From: Phycisphaerae bacterium
Lineage (GTDB): Bacteria > Planctomycetota > Phycisphaerae > WQYP01
Length of the DNA stretch: 64,000 bases
Direction: 5' to 3'
NCBI GenBank assembly: GCA_035548175.1
Contig: DASZTO010000096.1
Span: 9,454 to 73,453, forward strand
The notes beneath the pieces are model-generated. The model had not been told where the DNA came from and made no database searches. It saw only the letters and a list, made by a program, of their open reading frames with translations. Of this stretch, positions 27,170-36,143 are shown piece by piece (position 1 is the stretch's first letter; each line of letters opens with the position of its first letter). Position numbers and translations under genes: made by a program.

Positions 27170-27835
27170 ATGATTGATGTGCCAGTGATGAATATCGAGG
27201 GGAAAGAGGTGGGGAAGTTTTCGGTGGACGAGGCGCTGCTGGGGACGACGGTGCGTCCGGCGCTGTTGAAGCAGGCGCTGGTGCGGCATCATGCGAACCA
27301 GCGTCAGGGGACGGTGAAGACCAAGAGCCGGGCGGAAGTTGAGGGCTCGACGAAGAAGCTTTATGCCCAGAAGCACACGGGCAACGCGCGTCGCGGGAAC
27401 ATCCGCACGCCGGTGATGAAGGGCGGCGGCATGGCGTTCGCGAAGGCCCCGCGGGATTTCCGGCAGGAGATGCCGGTGCAGCAGCGGCGGCTGGCGCGGA
27501 ACAACGCCATTTTGTCGAAGATTTTGTCGAACACGCTGGTGCTGCTCGATGGATTGAAGTTGCCGGCGGCGAAGACGAAGGAAGTGGCGAAGGTGCTGGC
27601 GGCGCTGAAGGCGGACCGTTCGGTGCTGATCGCGACGGAAGGGCTGGATCAGCAGTTGTATCGCTCGGCGCGGAACATCCAGAAGACGCTGATCAAGCCG
27701 GCGGCGGAGATCAACGCGTATGATGTGCTCTCGAAGCGAACGATGATCATGACGAAGGCGGCGCTTGAGGGCGTGCTCAAGGGCGCCAAGCCGAGCAAAG
27801 TGAAGACGGCGGAAACGGCCGAAGCGAAGGGATAA
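27170..27835 (+). CDS. rplD: 50S ribosomal protein L4
   Basis: Conserved L4/L1e sequence with a Lys/Ala-rich C-terminal tail. Confidence 0.92.
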   Translation: MIDVPVMNIEGKEVGKFSVDEALLGTTVRPALLKQALVRHHANQRQGTVKTKSRAEVEGSTKKLYAQKHTGNARRGNIRTPVMKGGGMAFAKAPRDFRQEMPVQQRRLARNNAILSKILSNTLVLLDGLKLPAAKTKEVAKVLAALKADRSVLIATEGLDQQLYRSARNIQKTLIKPAAEINAYDVLSKRTMIMTKAALEGVLKGAKPSKVKTAETAEAKG

Positions 27836-27877
27836 AGAGACCGGAGGCTTCGGCCTTCGTGTTTTTGAGGACGAATC

Positions 27878-28162
27878 ATGGAACTGCACGAGACAGAGAT
27901 TATCAAGTCGCCGGTGGTGTCGGAGAAGTCGACGTACCAGGCGGCGGTGCGGAACGCGTACACGTTCGAGGTGGACAAGAAGGCCTCGAAGGAAGAGATT
28001 CGCACGGCGGTGGAGAAGCTGTACAAGGTGAAGGTGGCGACGGTGCGGACGCTGAATGTGGCGGGCAAGCCGCGGCGGACGCGATCGGGCTACAAGACGA
28101 CGCCGGAGTGGAAGAAGGCGTTGGTGACGCTGGAAGCGGATAACAAGATCGATTTGTTTTGA
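27878..28162 (+). CDS. rplW: 50S ribosomal protein L23
   Basis: 94 aa, MELHETEIIKSPVVSEKS... L23 pattern. Confidence 0.9.
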   Translation: MELHETEIIKSPVVSEKSTYQAAVRNAYTFEVDKKASKEEIRTAVEKLYKVKVATVRTLNVAGKPRRTRSGYKTTPEWKKALVTLEADNKIDLF

Positions 28163-28164
28163 GT

Positions 28165-28215
28165 GGTGAGTAGTCAGAAGTCAGAAGTCAGTAGTCAGTA
28201 GACGGAAGACAGTAG
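28165..28215 (+). repeat. Heptamer tandem repeat spacer (TCAGAAGx2, TCAGTAGx2, ACGGAAG, ACAGTAG)
   Basis: gtgagtagtcagaagtcagaagtcagtagtcagtagacggaagacagtagg between rplW and rplB. Confidence 0.7.
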
Positions 28216-28224
28216 GGTTTAGAT

Positions 28225-29091
28225 ATGCCGATTAAGACTTACAAGCCGACATCCGCGGGGCGGCGTTTTTCGAGCGTGAACGCGTACGCGGAGCTGACGA
28301 CGAACGAGCCGGAGAAGAGCCTGCTGGAGCGGCGGAAGAAGACCGGCGGGCGGAACAACCGCGGCTGGATCACGTGCCGGCATATCGGCGGCGGGAACAA
28401 GCAGTTCTACCGCAAGATCGATTTCAAGCGGACGAAGGACGGGGTGAAGGGGAAAGTGGCGACGATCGAATACGATCCGAACCGGTCGGTGTTCATCGCG
28501 CTGGTGCAGTATGAGGATGGGGAGAAGCGGTACATTCTGGCGCCGCAGCAGATCAAGGTGGGGGATGAGATTGAATCGGGGACGAACGCGGACATTGAAA
28601 AGACGGTAGGGAACGCGATGCCGCTGGAGATTCTTCCGGTGGGCATGGAGATTCATAATATTGAGGTAGTGCCTGGGCAGGGCGGCCGTTTGTGCCGGAG
28701 CGCGGGCGGGGTGGCGCGGCTGATCGGCAAGGATGCGGGGTTTGCGACGGTGCAGTTGCCGTCGGGGGAAGTGCGGCAGATTCACTGGAAGTGCCGGGCG
28801 ACGATCGGGCAGTTGGGGAACTCGGATTGGATCAACATTCGGTGGGGCAAGGCGGGACGGACGCGGCATCGTGGGATTCGTCCGACGGTGCGTGGCGTGG
28901 CGCAGAACCCGGTGAGCCACCCCCTGGGCGGTGGTGAAGGGCGTTCCGGCGGCGGGCGGCACCCGGTGAGCAAGTGGGGCGTTCCCGCGAAGGGCGGCAA
29001 GACGCGAAATCCGCGGAAGAACTCGAGCAACAAGATCATTCGGCGCCGGATGACGGTGCGGTATGGCGAGTCGGTGCTGAAGCGGAAGTGA
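28225..29091 (+). CDS. rplB: 50S ribosomal protein L2
   Basis: Conserved L2 (GRNNRGWITCRHIGGGNKQ..., C-terminal GGGEGRSGGGRHPVSKWG). Confidence 0.95.
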   Translation: MPIKTYKPTSAGRRFSSVNAYAELTTNEPEKSLLERRKKTGGRNNRGWITCRHIGGGNKQFYRKIDFKRTKDGVKGKVATIEYDPNRSVFIALVQYEDGEKRYILAPQQIKVGDEIESGTNADIEKTVGNAMPLEILPVGMEIHNIEVVPGQGGRLCRSAGGVARLIGKDAGFATVQLPSGEVRQIHWKCRATIGQLGNSDWINIRWGKAGRTRHRGIRPTVRGVAQNPVSHPLGGGEGRSGGGRHPVSKWGVPAKGGKTRNPRKNSSNKIIRRRMTVRYGESVLKRK

Positions 29092-29094
29092 GCG

Positions 29095-29149
29095 GCGAGT
29101 AGTCAGTAGACAGTAGACAGAAGATGGAAGATAGAGACTAGGAAGACAG
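29095..29149 (+). repeat. Heptamer tandem repeat spacer (TCAGTAG, ACAGTAG, ACAGAAG, ATGGAAG...)
   Basis: gcgagtagtcagtagacagtagacagaagatggaagatagagactaggaagacagag between rplB and rpsS. Confidence 0.7.
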
Positions 29150-29151
29150 AG

Positions 29152-29433
29152 ATGAGTCGGAGCACGAAAAAAGGGCCGTTTGTGGCGGAATACCTTCTGA
29201 AGAAGGTGAACGAGCTGAACGCGCAGCGCGCCAAGACGCCGATCAAGACGTGGTCGCGGTCGAGCACGATCATCCCGGATTTCGTGGGGCACACGTTTGA
29301 GGTTCACAACGGGAAGGACTTCAAGCGGGTGTTCGTGACGGAAGACATGGTGGGCCACAAGCTGGGCGAGTTTTCGTTCACGCGGACGTTCAAGGGCCAC
29401 ACGGCGGTGAAGAAAGAAGAAGCTGCGAAGTGA
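29152..29433 (+). CDS. rpsS: 30S ribosomal protein S19
   Basis: [19 protein letters not shown]... conserved S19. Confidence 0.95.
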   Translation: MSRSTKKGPFVAEYLLKKVNELNAQRAKTPIKTWSRSSTIIPDFVGHTFEVHNGKDFKRVFVTEDMVGHKLGEFSFTRTFKGHTAVKKEEAAK

Positions 29434-29503
29434 CGGAAGGCAGTAGTCAGTAGACAGAAGTCAGAAGTCAGTAGACGGAAGACGGAAGACGGAAGCAAAG
29501 ACG
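29434..29503 (+). repeat. Longest heptamer repeat spacer (10 units; ACGGAAGx4, TCAGTAGx2, TCAGAAG, ACAGAAG, GCAGTAG)
   Basis: tgacggaaggcagtagtcagtagacagaagtcagaagtcagtagacggaagacggaagacggaagcaaag between rpsS and rplV. Confidence 0.75.
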
Positions 29504-29517
29504 GTCTGAGGCTGGTT

Positions 29518-29955
29518 ATGGCGTATGTATCGAAATGGCGGTTTGCGAGGATCACGGCGCGGAAGGCGCGGCTGCTCACGGATTTGATCCGGAACAAGCC
29601 GGTGGACGAAGCGCTGGACCTTTTGAAGTTCAACAAGAAGCGCGGCGCGGTGATGGTGGCGAAGGTGCTCAAGAGCGCGATCGCCAACGCGGACGCGAAG
29701 GAAGCGGACACGGAGTCGCTGTTCGTGTCGCGCTCGTTCTGCGATGACGGGCCGATCATGAAGCGGTTCCAGCCCAAGGATCGGGGCAAGAGCTTTTCGA
29801 TTTTCAAGCGGCTGTGCCACATCACGGTGGAAGTGGATGAGGGCACGCCGAAGATGACGAAGGGCAAGCGGCGGAAGCTGGAGATTCGCCGGGACCGCCT
29901 GGCGAAGAAGAAGCCGGCTGGCGAAAAGAAGACGGAAGCGGCAGAGAGCAAGTAA
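29518..29955 (+). CDS. rplV: 50S ribosomal protein L22
   Basis: Conserved L22 core with a basic C-terminal extension. Confidence 0.9.
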   Translation: MAYVSKWRFARITARKARLLTDLIRNKPVDEALDLLKFNKKRGAVMVAKVLKSAIANADAKEADTESLFVSRSFCDDGPIMKRFQPKDRGKSFSIFKRLCHITVEVDEGTPKMTKGKRRKLEIRRDRLAKKKPAGEKKTEAAESK

Positions 29956-30002
29956 TTCGACTGGGCGCGGCAAGGCGGCGTCCGAACTGATAAGAGGTCA
30001 GC

Positions 30003-30701
30003 ATGGGTCAGAAGATACATCCAAATGGGTTCCGGGTTGGCGTGACCGAGGGGTGGAACAGCCGGTGGTTTGCCCCCAAGAAGCTGTTCGGGGAACTGCT
30101 GGTGGAAGACCAGAAGATCCGGGAGTACGTGGACAACAAGCTGAACCGCCAGCCGCCGTACGCGGCGGTGTCGAAGGTGGAAATCGAGCGCACGCGGGAA
30201 GAGCTCAAGGTGCTGTTGCACACGGCCCGTCCGGGCGTGGTGATCGGGCCCAAGGGCGCGGAAGTGGACAAGCTGCGGAACCAGCTTGAGGATTTGACCG
30301 GCCGTAAGGTGAAGGTCGAGATCGCGGAGATCGGCCGGCCCGACCTGAACGGTCAGTTGATGGCCGAGGGGATCGCGGAGCAGTTGAAGAAGCGGTCTGC
30401 GTTCCGGCGGGTGCTGAAGCAGAAGAGCGACGCGGCGCGGAATGCGGGCGCGAAGGGGATCAAGATCCAGCTTTCGGGCCGGATCGGCGGTGCGGAAATC
30501 GCGCGGGTGGAAAAGATGATCAACGGGTCGATCCCGCTGCACACGCTGCAGGCGAACATCAGCTATGGGCAGGTGCACTGCCGCACGCCGTACGGCGTGA
30601 TCGGGATCAAGGTGTGGATTTACCAGGGGACGTATGCGGAGACCGACGCGCAGGCGGCGGTGGCCGGGAGCAATCAGCCGCGGCGTCCGCGTCGCCGGTA
30701 A
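30003..30701 (+). CDS. rpsC: 30S ribosomal protein S3
   Basis: MGQKIHPNGFRVGVTEGWNSRWFA... KH domain plus S3 C-terminal domain. Confidence 0.95.
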   Translation: MGQKIHPNGFRVGVTEGWNSRWFAPKKLFGELLVEDQKIREYVDNKLNRQPPYAAVSKVEIERTREELKVLLHTARPGVVIGPKGAEVDKLRNQLEDLTGRKVKVEIAEIGRPDLNGQLMAEGIAEQLKKRSAFRRVLKQKSDAARNAGAKGIKIQLSGRIGGAEIARVEKMINGSIPLHTLQANISYGQVHCRTPYGVIGIKVWIYQGTYAETDAQAAVAGSNQPRRPRRR

Positions 30702-30758
30702 TGAGGACAGTCAACGATGGGCCGGCAATGAGGCTGGTTCCGAGACGGAGATACAGAC

Positions 30759-31178
30759 ATGGCGATGATGCCATCACGAGTGAAGTGGCGCAAGCAGCAG
30801 CGCGGGATCATGAAGGGGAACGCGACCCGGGGCAACAAGGTGAGCTTCGGAGAGTACGCGATCCAGTCGCTGGAGCCGGGCCGGATCAACGGCCGGCAGA
30901 TCGAAGCGGGGCGCATGGCGTGCTCGCACTATCTGGCGCGTGAAGGCCGGGTGTATATCCGGATCTTCCCGCACAAGAGCTTTTCGAAGAAGCCCCTGGA
31001 AACGCGTATGGGCACGGGCAAGGGCGAGCCGGAGTTCTGGGCGGCGGAAGTGAAGCCCGGGACGATCCTGTTTGAGATCGCCGGCGTGGACGAGACGGTG
31101 GCGCGGCGGGCGTTTGCCCGGGTGGCCTACAAGATGCCGGTGCGGTGCCGGTTCGTGAAACGGCGGCATACGCTGTGA
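30759..31178 (+). CDS. rplP: 50S ribosomal protein L16
   Basis: Conserved L16 (RMGTGKGEPEFWAAEVKPG...). Confidence 0.92.
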   Translation: MAMMPSRVKWRKQQRGIMKGNATRGNKVSFGEYAIQSLEPGRINGRQIEAGRMACSHYLAREGRVYIRIFPHKSFSKKPLETRMGTGKGEPEFWAAEVKPGTILFEIAGVDETVARRAFARVAYKMPVRCRFVKRRHTL

Positions 31179-31222
31179 CGAGAAGTCAGAAGACAGAAGG
31201 CAGTAGTCAGTAGAAGACGAGT
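31179..31222 (+). repeat. Heptamer tandem repeat spacer (TCAGAAG, ACAGAAG, GCAGTAG, TCAGTAG)
   Basis: tgacgagaagtcagaagacagaaggcagtagtcagtagaagacg between rplP and rpmC. Confidence 0.7.
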
Positions 31223-31228
31223 GAGCAT

Positions 31229-31447
31229 ATGGCCAGCGAGACGTTGAAAGAATATCGGGGAATGTCGGGGGAGCAGCTTCACGAGCATGAAGAGGAGCTG
31301 CGAACGAAACTGTTCAAGCTCAGGACCACGGCCTCGAGCGAGAAGGTGAAGGACGTGTCGCAGTTTCAGAAGATCAAAAAGGACATTGCGCGGATCAAAA
31401 CGATCCAGCGCGAGCAGGAATTGAAGAACGCGAAGGCCCAGGCGTAA
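31229..31447 (+). CDS. rpmC: 50S ribosomal protein L29
   Basis: 72 aa, coiled L29 pattern. Confidence 0.88.
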   Translation: MASETLKEYRGMSGEQLHEHEEELRTKLFKLRTTASSEKVKDVSQFQKIKKDIARIKTIQREQELKNAKAQA

Positions 31448-31453
31448 GCAGGA

Positions 31454-31861
31454 TTGAGAGATATGACGACGGCGACCCCAACCCAGAGCTCCGAATCCAG
31501 GCAGAACCGCAAACTGCGGAACCGGCTGATCGGCATGGTGACCAGCGACAAGGTGAACAAGACCCGCAAGGTCGTGTTCGAATACCTGGCGCGGCATGCG
31601 AAGTACAACAAGTACGTGAAGCGGCAGACGGTGCTGCACGTGCACGACGAGAAGAACGAGAGCCGGGTTGGCGACCAGGTGGAAGTGATGAGCTGCCGGC
31701 CCATCTCGAAAACCAAGACGTACCGGCTGGTGCGGATCGTGGTCAAGGGCACGCAGATCGACACGAGCATCCTGGAAGGCGAGGCGTCGAAAATGTTTGA
31801 GAAGAAGCGCGAGGAAGCGCCGGCAGCCACCGGCGGCGAAGCGCAACAGTCGGGTGAATAA
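31454..31861 (+). CDS. rpsQ: 30S ribosomal protein S17 (with N- and C-terminal extensions)
   Basis: Conserved S17 core (RNRLIGMVTSDKVNKTRKVVFEYLARHAKYNKYVKRQTVLHVHDE). Confidence 0.9.
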   Translation: MRDMTTATPTQSSESRQNRKLRNRLIGMVTSDKVNKTRKVVFEYLARHAKYNKYVKRQTVLHVHDEKNESRVGDQVEVMSCRPISKTKTYRLVRIVVKGTQIDTSILEGEASKMFEKKREEAPAATGGEAQQSGE

Positions 31862-31909
31862 TCGGCGGAGGACCGCCCGAAAGCGGCACTCCTTACGAGG
31901 TAACGAGAG

Positions 31910-32296
31910 ATGATTCAGCAGCAGACACGAGTCGACATCGCGGACAACACGGGCGCCAAGACGGCGATGTGCATCAAGGTGCTTGGCGGCTCGACGGCGC
32001 GCGGCAAGTTCACGCGCAAGGTGGCGAGCGTCGGGGACCTCATCGTGGTGGCGGTCAAGACGGCCACCCCCAACGGCGACGTGAAGCTGCATGATGTGGC
32101 CAAGGCGATCATCGTGCGGACGAAGCAGCCGATCCGGCGTTCGGACGGCAGCTACGTGCGGTTCGACCGCAACGCGGCGGTGATCGTGGACGCCGATGGA
32201 AATCCGCGCGGCACGCGTATTTTCGGCGCGGTGGCCCGCGAGCTTCGCGAGAAGAACATGATGAAGATCGTGTCGCTGGCGTCGGAAGTGGTTTGA
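31910..32296 (+). CDS. rplN: 50S ribosomal protein L14
   Basis: [17 protein letters not shown]... conserved L14. Confidence 0.95.
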   Translation: MIQQQTRVDIADNTGAKTAMCIKVLGGSTARGKFTRKVASVGDLIVVAVKTATPNGDVKLHDVAKAIIVRTKQPIRRSDGSYVRFDRNAAVIVDADGNPRGTRIFGAVARELREKNMMKIVSLASEVV

Positions 32297-32302
32297 CGAG
32301 TT

Positions 32303-32335
32303 GGTAGTGGTCAGTGGCCAGTGGTCAGTGGCCAG
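32303..32335 (+). repeat. Variant heptamer repeat (GTCAGTG/GCCAGTG)x4
   Basis: gtagtggtcagtggccagtggtcagtggccaga between rplN and rplX. A related copy sits between rpmJ and rpsM (40498-40525). Confidence 0.65.
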
Positions 32336-32355
32336 AACAGATAGGACGTTGAGAT

Positions 32356-32679
32356 ATGGCTGCTCGGATCAAGAAAGATGACATCGTGTTTGTTCGCTCG
32401 GGCGACAACAAGGGGAAGACCGGCAAGGTGCTGCGGATCGTCGGGGACAAGGTGATTGTCGAAGGCGTGAACGTGGTGTGGAAGCACCTGAAGCCGACGC
32501 AGCAGGCGCCCAAGGGCGGCCGGATTCAGAAGGAAGCGCCGATTCACATGTCGAAGGTGCAGCCGGTGGATCCCAAGACGGGCCGTGGGACGCGGGTGAA
32601 GTTCACGGTTGACAACGGTGAGAAGCACCGAGTGGCGGCGAAGACGGGCAACGATCTGGGTCTCGTGGGCAAGGCCTGA
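32356..32679 (+). CDS. rplX: 50S ribosomal protein L24
   Basis: KOW motif (IKKDDIVFVRSGDNKGKTGKVLRI). Confidence 0.92.
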   Translation: MAARIKKDDIVFVRSGDNKGKTGKVLRIVGDKVIVEGVNVVWKHLKPTQQAPKGGRIQKEAPIHMSKVQPVDPKTGRGTRVKFTVDNGEKHRVAAKTGNDLGLVGKA

Positions 32680-32751
32680 GGCATTTTGACGCTGAGGCAA
32701 CCAAGCGGTGAGAGCCGGCTTGGGGCCCGAGAGCGAATAAGGAAATAAGTC

Positions 32752-33573
32752 ATGGCGAAAGAAGAGAAGAAAGAAAAGAAGGCGGCCAAGACGCCCGAGC
32801 AGATCGAAGCCGAGAAGGCGGCGAAAGTCGCGAAGAAGGCGGAGATGGCGGCCAAGGCGAAGGAAGCCGTCGCCGGCGGCACGGCGGCTGCGCCTGCGGA
32901 AGGCGGAGAGGCGCCGAAGCCCGAGGGCAAGCCCGCGAAGGGCGGCAAGGGCGGCGGGAAAAAGAAGGAAGAAGGCGGGGAGGCGCAGGCGTTTCCGAAG
33001 GATTACGTTCCGCGGCTGAAGAAGCGGTACGAGGCGGAGATCGCGCCGGGGCTGATGGGGGAGTTGAAGCTGAAGAACAAGATGGCGTTGCCGCGGATCG
33101 AGAAGATCGTGATCTCGATGGGCCTGGGCAAGGCGATCGCGGAGAAGCCGCGGCTGGAAGCGGCGGTGAAGGAACTGACGGCGATTGCCGGTCAGAAGGC
33201 GGTGGTGTGCAAGGCGAAGAAATCGGTGTCGAACTTCAAGCTGCGTGAAGGCATGGAGATCGGCGCGAAGGTGACGCTGCGTGGCAACCGGATGTGGGAA
33301 TTCCTGGATCGGTTGATCGTGCTGGCGATTCCGCGTGTGAAGGACTTCCGCGGGCTCAATCCCAAGGGATTTGACGGGCGCGGGAACTACAATATGGGGA
33401 TCGCGGAGCAGACGGTATTTCCGGAAGTCGATTCGGCGGCGGTGACGTTCCACCAGGGGATGAACATCACGATCGTGACGACGGCGGGCGACAACGCGCG
33501 GGGCTTCAGCCTGCTCAAGCACCTGGGGATGCCTTTCCGGCAGGATGAAGCGCAGCAGAAGAAAGCCGGCTGA
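32752..33573 (+). CDS. rplE: 50S ribosomal protein L5 with ~90-aa Lys/Ala/Glu-rich N-terminal extension
   Basis: Conserved L5 core from about residue 95 (RLKKRYEAEIAPGLMGELKLKN...). The N-terminal MAKEEKKEKKAAKTPEQIEAEKAAKVAKKAEMAAKAKEA... is histone-H1-like low complexity. Confidence 0.9.
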   Translation: MAKEEKKEKKAAKTPEQIEAEKAAKVAKKAEMAAKAKEAVAGGTAAAPAEGGEAPKPEGKPAKGGKGGGKKKEEGGEAQAFPKDYVPRLKKRYEAEIAPGLMGELKLKNKMALPRIEKIVISMGLGKAIAEKPRLEAAVKELTAIAGQKAVVCKAKKSVSNFKLREGMEIGAKVTLRGNRMWEFLDRLIVLAIPRVKDFRGLNPKGFDGRGNYNMGIAEQTVFPEVDSAAVTFHQGMNITIVTTAGDNARGFSLLKHLGMPFRQDEAQQKKAG

Positions 33574-33623
33574 GAAAAACACGCAGAACGAGAGACGAAA
33601 GACGCAAGGCAAAGGGTAGATAG
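33574..33623 (+). repeat. Purine-rich spacer with GACGAAA-type units
   Basis: gagaaaaacacgcagaacgagagacgaaagacgcaaggcaaagggtagatag between rplE and rpsN. Confidence 0.5.
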
Positions 33624-33893
33624 ATGGCGACGACGGCTTGGAATGTTCGGTATAAGAAGCGGCTGGAGCTGGTGCAGAAGTATGCGGAGCAGCGCCGGAA
33701 GCTGAAGGAAGAGAAGAATTACGCGGCGCTGGCCAAGCTGCCGCGGAATTCGTCGCCGACGCGCCTGGCGCGGCGTTGCGAGCTCACGGGCCGGCGTCGC
33801 GGGTATTACCGCAAGTTCAAGATCTCGCGCATCATGCTGCGGGAGCTGGCGCACGCGGGCCTGATTCCCGGGATGCGCAAGAGCAGCTGGTAA
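33624..33893 (+). CDS. rpsN: 30S ribosomal protein S14 (long, 89-aa type)
   Basis: Conserved S14 ([35 protein letters not shown]). Confidence 0.9.
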   Translation: MATTAWNVRYKKRLELVQKYAEQRRKLKEEKNYAALAKLPRNSSPTRLARRCELTGRRRGYYRKFKISRIMLRELAHAGLIPGMRKSSW

Positions 33894-33948
33894 AAGACGA
33901 ACGACGAAAGACAAAAGAACAAAAGACGAAAGTCGGACGAAATAGGGT
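33894..33948 (+). repeat. Purine-rich heptamer-like spacer (AAAGACG/AAAGACA/AAAGAAC units)
   Basis: aaagacgaacgacgaaagacaaaagaacaaaagacgaaagtcggacgaaataggg between rpsN and rpsH. Confidence 0.55.
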
Positions 33949-33954
33949 TTGATT

Positions 33955-34350
33955 ATGAGCGACACGATCGCGGACATGCTGACACGGCTGCGGAATGCGG
34001 CGGCGGCGAAGCACAAGACGGTGGACGTGAAAAACTCCAAGATTTGCCAGGGCATTGCCCGCGTGCTGAAGGAGGAGGGTTACGTCGACGACTTTTCGGT
34101 GCTGGACGACGGGACCAAGCAGGGGCTGATCCGCCTGACGATCCGGTATACGCCGACGGGCGAGCAGGTGCTGCGGGAAGTGAAGCGCATCTCGAAGCCC
34201 GGCTGCCGGGTGTACCGGTCGGTGAAGGATTTGCCGCGGGTGATCCAGGGATTGGGCGTCGTGGTGTTGTCGACAAGCAAGGGCGTGCTGTCGGATCGGC
34301 AGGCGCGGCAGCAGAACATCGGTGGCGAGTTGCTGGCGACGGTGAGCTAA
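33955..34350 (+). CDS. rpsH: 30S ribosomal protein S8
   Basis: MSDTIADMLTRLRNA... conserved S8. ATG at 33955 inside ORF 33949. Confidence 0.93.
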   Translation: MSDTIADMLTRLRNAAAAKHKTVDVKNSKICQGIARVLKEEGYVDDFSVLDDGTKQGLIRLTIRYTPTGEQVLREVKRISKPGCRVYRSVKDLPRVIQGLGVVVLSTSKGVLSDRQARQQNIGGELLATVS

Positions 34351-34435
34351 AAACCGGAAGACGAAAGACGAATGTTTTTGCCGGATGGCCCGCCGAGGGG
34401 CGGATGAGACCGGACGGCGTTAAAGAGGTGATGTG

Positions 34436-34990
34436 ATGAGTCGCGTTGGAAAGAAGCCTGTGACGATCCCGGAGAAGGTGAAGGTCGCCATCAACGGGCG
34501 GATGTTGTCATTTGAGGGGCCCAAGGGGAAGCTGTCGTTCGAGCATCATCCGAATGCGAAGGTTCGGGTGGAAGGCGGGACGGTGGTGGTGGAGCGGGTG
34601 AACGATGAGAAGATTTCGCGCGCGGTGCACGGGCTGACGCGGGCGCTGGTGCAGAACAACGTGATCGGCGTGTCGACCGGCTACGTCAAAGACCTGGAAA
34701 TCCAGGGCGTCGGATACAAGGCGGAGCTTCAGGGCAAGATGGTGCTTTTGTCGCTGGGCTATGCGAACCAGTTGAAGGTGCCGGTGCCCGATGGGGTCGC
34801 CGTCAAGATCGAAGCGCAGGGCACGCGCATCAACATCAGCGGCGCGGACAAGCAGGTCGTGGGCCAGTTGGCGGCCGAGATTCGCCGTCTGCGGAAGCCC
34901 GAGCCCTACAAGGGCAAGGGCGTGCGGTATGTTGGCGAGCAGGTGAAGAAGAAGCTCGGCAAGCAGTTCGCCGGCGCCGGCGCCAAGTAA
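34436..34990 (+). CDS. rplF: 50S ribosomal protein L6
   Basis: MSRVGKKPVTIPEKVKV... conserved L6. SD AGAGGTGA. Confidence 0.93.
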   Translation: MSRVGKKPVTIPEKVKVAINGRMLSFEGPKGKLSFEHHPNAKVRVEGGTVVVERVNDEKISRAVHGLTRALVQNNVIGVSTGYVKDLEIQGVGYKAELQGKMVLLSLGYANQLKVPVPDGVAVKIEAQGTRINISGADKQVVGQLAAEIRRLRKPEPYKGKGVRYVGEQVKKKLGKQFAGAGAK

Positions 34991-35056
34991 GAGAGATCAT
35001 TGAAGTAGCACTGGAACCCCATTGAGGGCGCACAGGGCGAAAAAAGGAATAGAGAC

Positions 35057-35428
35057 ATGAGCCAGACGATCAACACATTGAAGCTGACGCGGCGGGCGCA
35101 GCGCAAGAGCCGGACCGCGGGATCGGTGCGGGGCACGACGGAGCGTCCGCGGCTGAGCGTGTTCCGGAGCGTGAAGAACATTTACGCCCAGATCATCGAC
35201 GACACGACGGGCAAAACCCTGGCGGCGGCGAGTTCAAGGGATGATGCCAAGGGCGACTTGAAGCACGGCGGCAACAAGAACGCGGCGGCGGCGATCGGCA
35301 AGGCGATTGCAGCCAAGGCGGCGGCCAAAGGAATCACGCAGGTGGCCTTCGATCGCAACGGATATCAGTATCACGGCCGCGTGAAGGCGCTGGCCGATGC
35401 GGCGCGCGAGGCCGGCCTGAAGTTCTGA
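35057..35428 (+). CDS. rplR: 50S ribosomal protein L18
   Basis: Conserved L18 ([20 protein letters not shown]... [22 protein letters not shown]). Confidence 0.93.
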   Translation: MSQTINTLKLTRRAQRKSRTAGSVRGTTERPRLSVFRSVKNIYAQIIDDTTGKTLAAASSRDDAKGDLKHGGNKNAAAAIGKAIAAKAAAKGITQVAFDRNGYQYHGRVKALADAAREAGLKF

Positions 35429-35465
35429 CGCAACGACGACAAGACAAATAGACGAAAGACGAAAG
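35429..35465 (+). repeat. Purine-rich spacer with (GACGAAA)x2 units
   Basis: tgacgcaacgacgacaagacaaatagacgaaagacgaaag between rplR and rpsE. Confidence 0.5.
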
Positions 35466-35480
35466 TTTTTTTGGTGACCT

Positions 35481-35975
35481 ATGACAGATCGTGGATTTGA
35501 TAAAGAAGACCGGGGCGTGGAGTCGTCGACCATCGGCGTGTTCCGCTCGGCCAAGGTGGTCAAGGGCGGCAAAAACTTCGCCTTCGAAGCCCTGGTGGCG
35601 GCTGGCGACAAACAGGGGAACATCGGCATCGGCTATGGCAAGGCCAAGGAAGTGCCGGCGGCCGTCGAGAAGGCCACCAAGGACGCGCGTCGCCGGATGG
35701 TGAACGTCTCGCTGGTCGGCGGGACCATCCCCCACGAAGTCACCGGCAAGTTCGGGGCGTCGATGATTCGCCTCGTGCCGGCGCGGCCGGGCACCGGCAT
35801 CAAGGCGGGGCGCTACGTGCGGCCCGTGCTGGAACTGGTGGGAATCCGGGACATCCTGACCAAGGCCTACGGCTCGACCAATAAGAAGAACCTGTCGAAA
35901 GCCGCGCTGGCGGCGCTGCAGTCGCTCCGAACCAAGCAGGCGATTACGGAGCAGCGCGGCGTGGAAGTGGCCTGA
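35481..35975 (+). CDS. rpsE: 30S ribosomal protein S5
   Basis: Conserved S5 (dsRBD plus S5 C-domain). rpmD (L30) does not follow it. Confidence 0.95.
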   Translation: MTDRGFDKEDRGVESSTIGVFRSAKVVKGGKNFAFEALVAAGDKQGNIGIGYGKAKEVPAAVEKATKDARRRMVNVSLVGGTIPHEVTGKFGASMIRLVPARPGTGIKAGRYVRPVLELVGIRDILTKAYGSTNKKNLSKAALAALQSLRTKQAITEQRGVEVA

Positions 35976-35980
35976 CGCAA

Positions 35981-36005
35981 AAGTCAGTAGACAGTAGACA
36001 GAAGT
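35981..36005 (+). repeat. Heptamer repeat (TCAGTAG, ACAGTAG, ACAGAAG)
   Basis: aagtcagtagacagtagacagaagt immediately after rpsE. Confidence 0.65.
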
Positions 36006-36016
36006 TTTAGCGGGTT

Positions 36017-36048
36017 GCGGCTGGCGCGTGTCGGCCGCCCCTTTTTTT
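36017..36048 (+). terminator. Candidate intrinsic terminator/attenuator between rpsE and rplO
   Basis: Stem GCGGCTGG / CCGGCCGC (8 bp including two G-U pairs, 6-nt loop) followed by CCC TTTTTTT, a T7 run that is striking in this GC-rich DNA. It occupies the position where rpmD normally lies. Confidence 0.45.
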
Positions 36049-36143
36049 AGTGAAGAGCGAGGGGAAGCGGACGACGGGACGGATGCGGCAAGCTGCGGCT
36101 TCCCAAACATCGGTCCTTCGCTTCTCCGAAAGGAGTTCAAACC

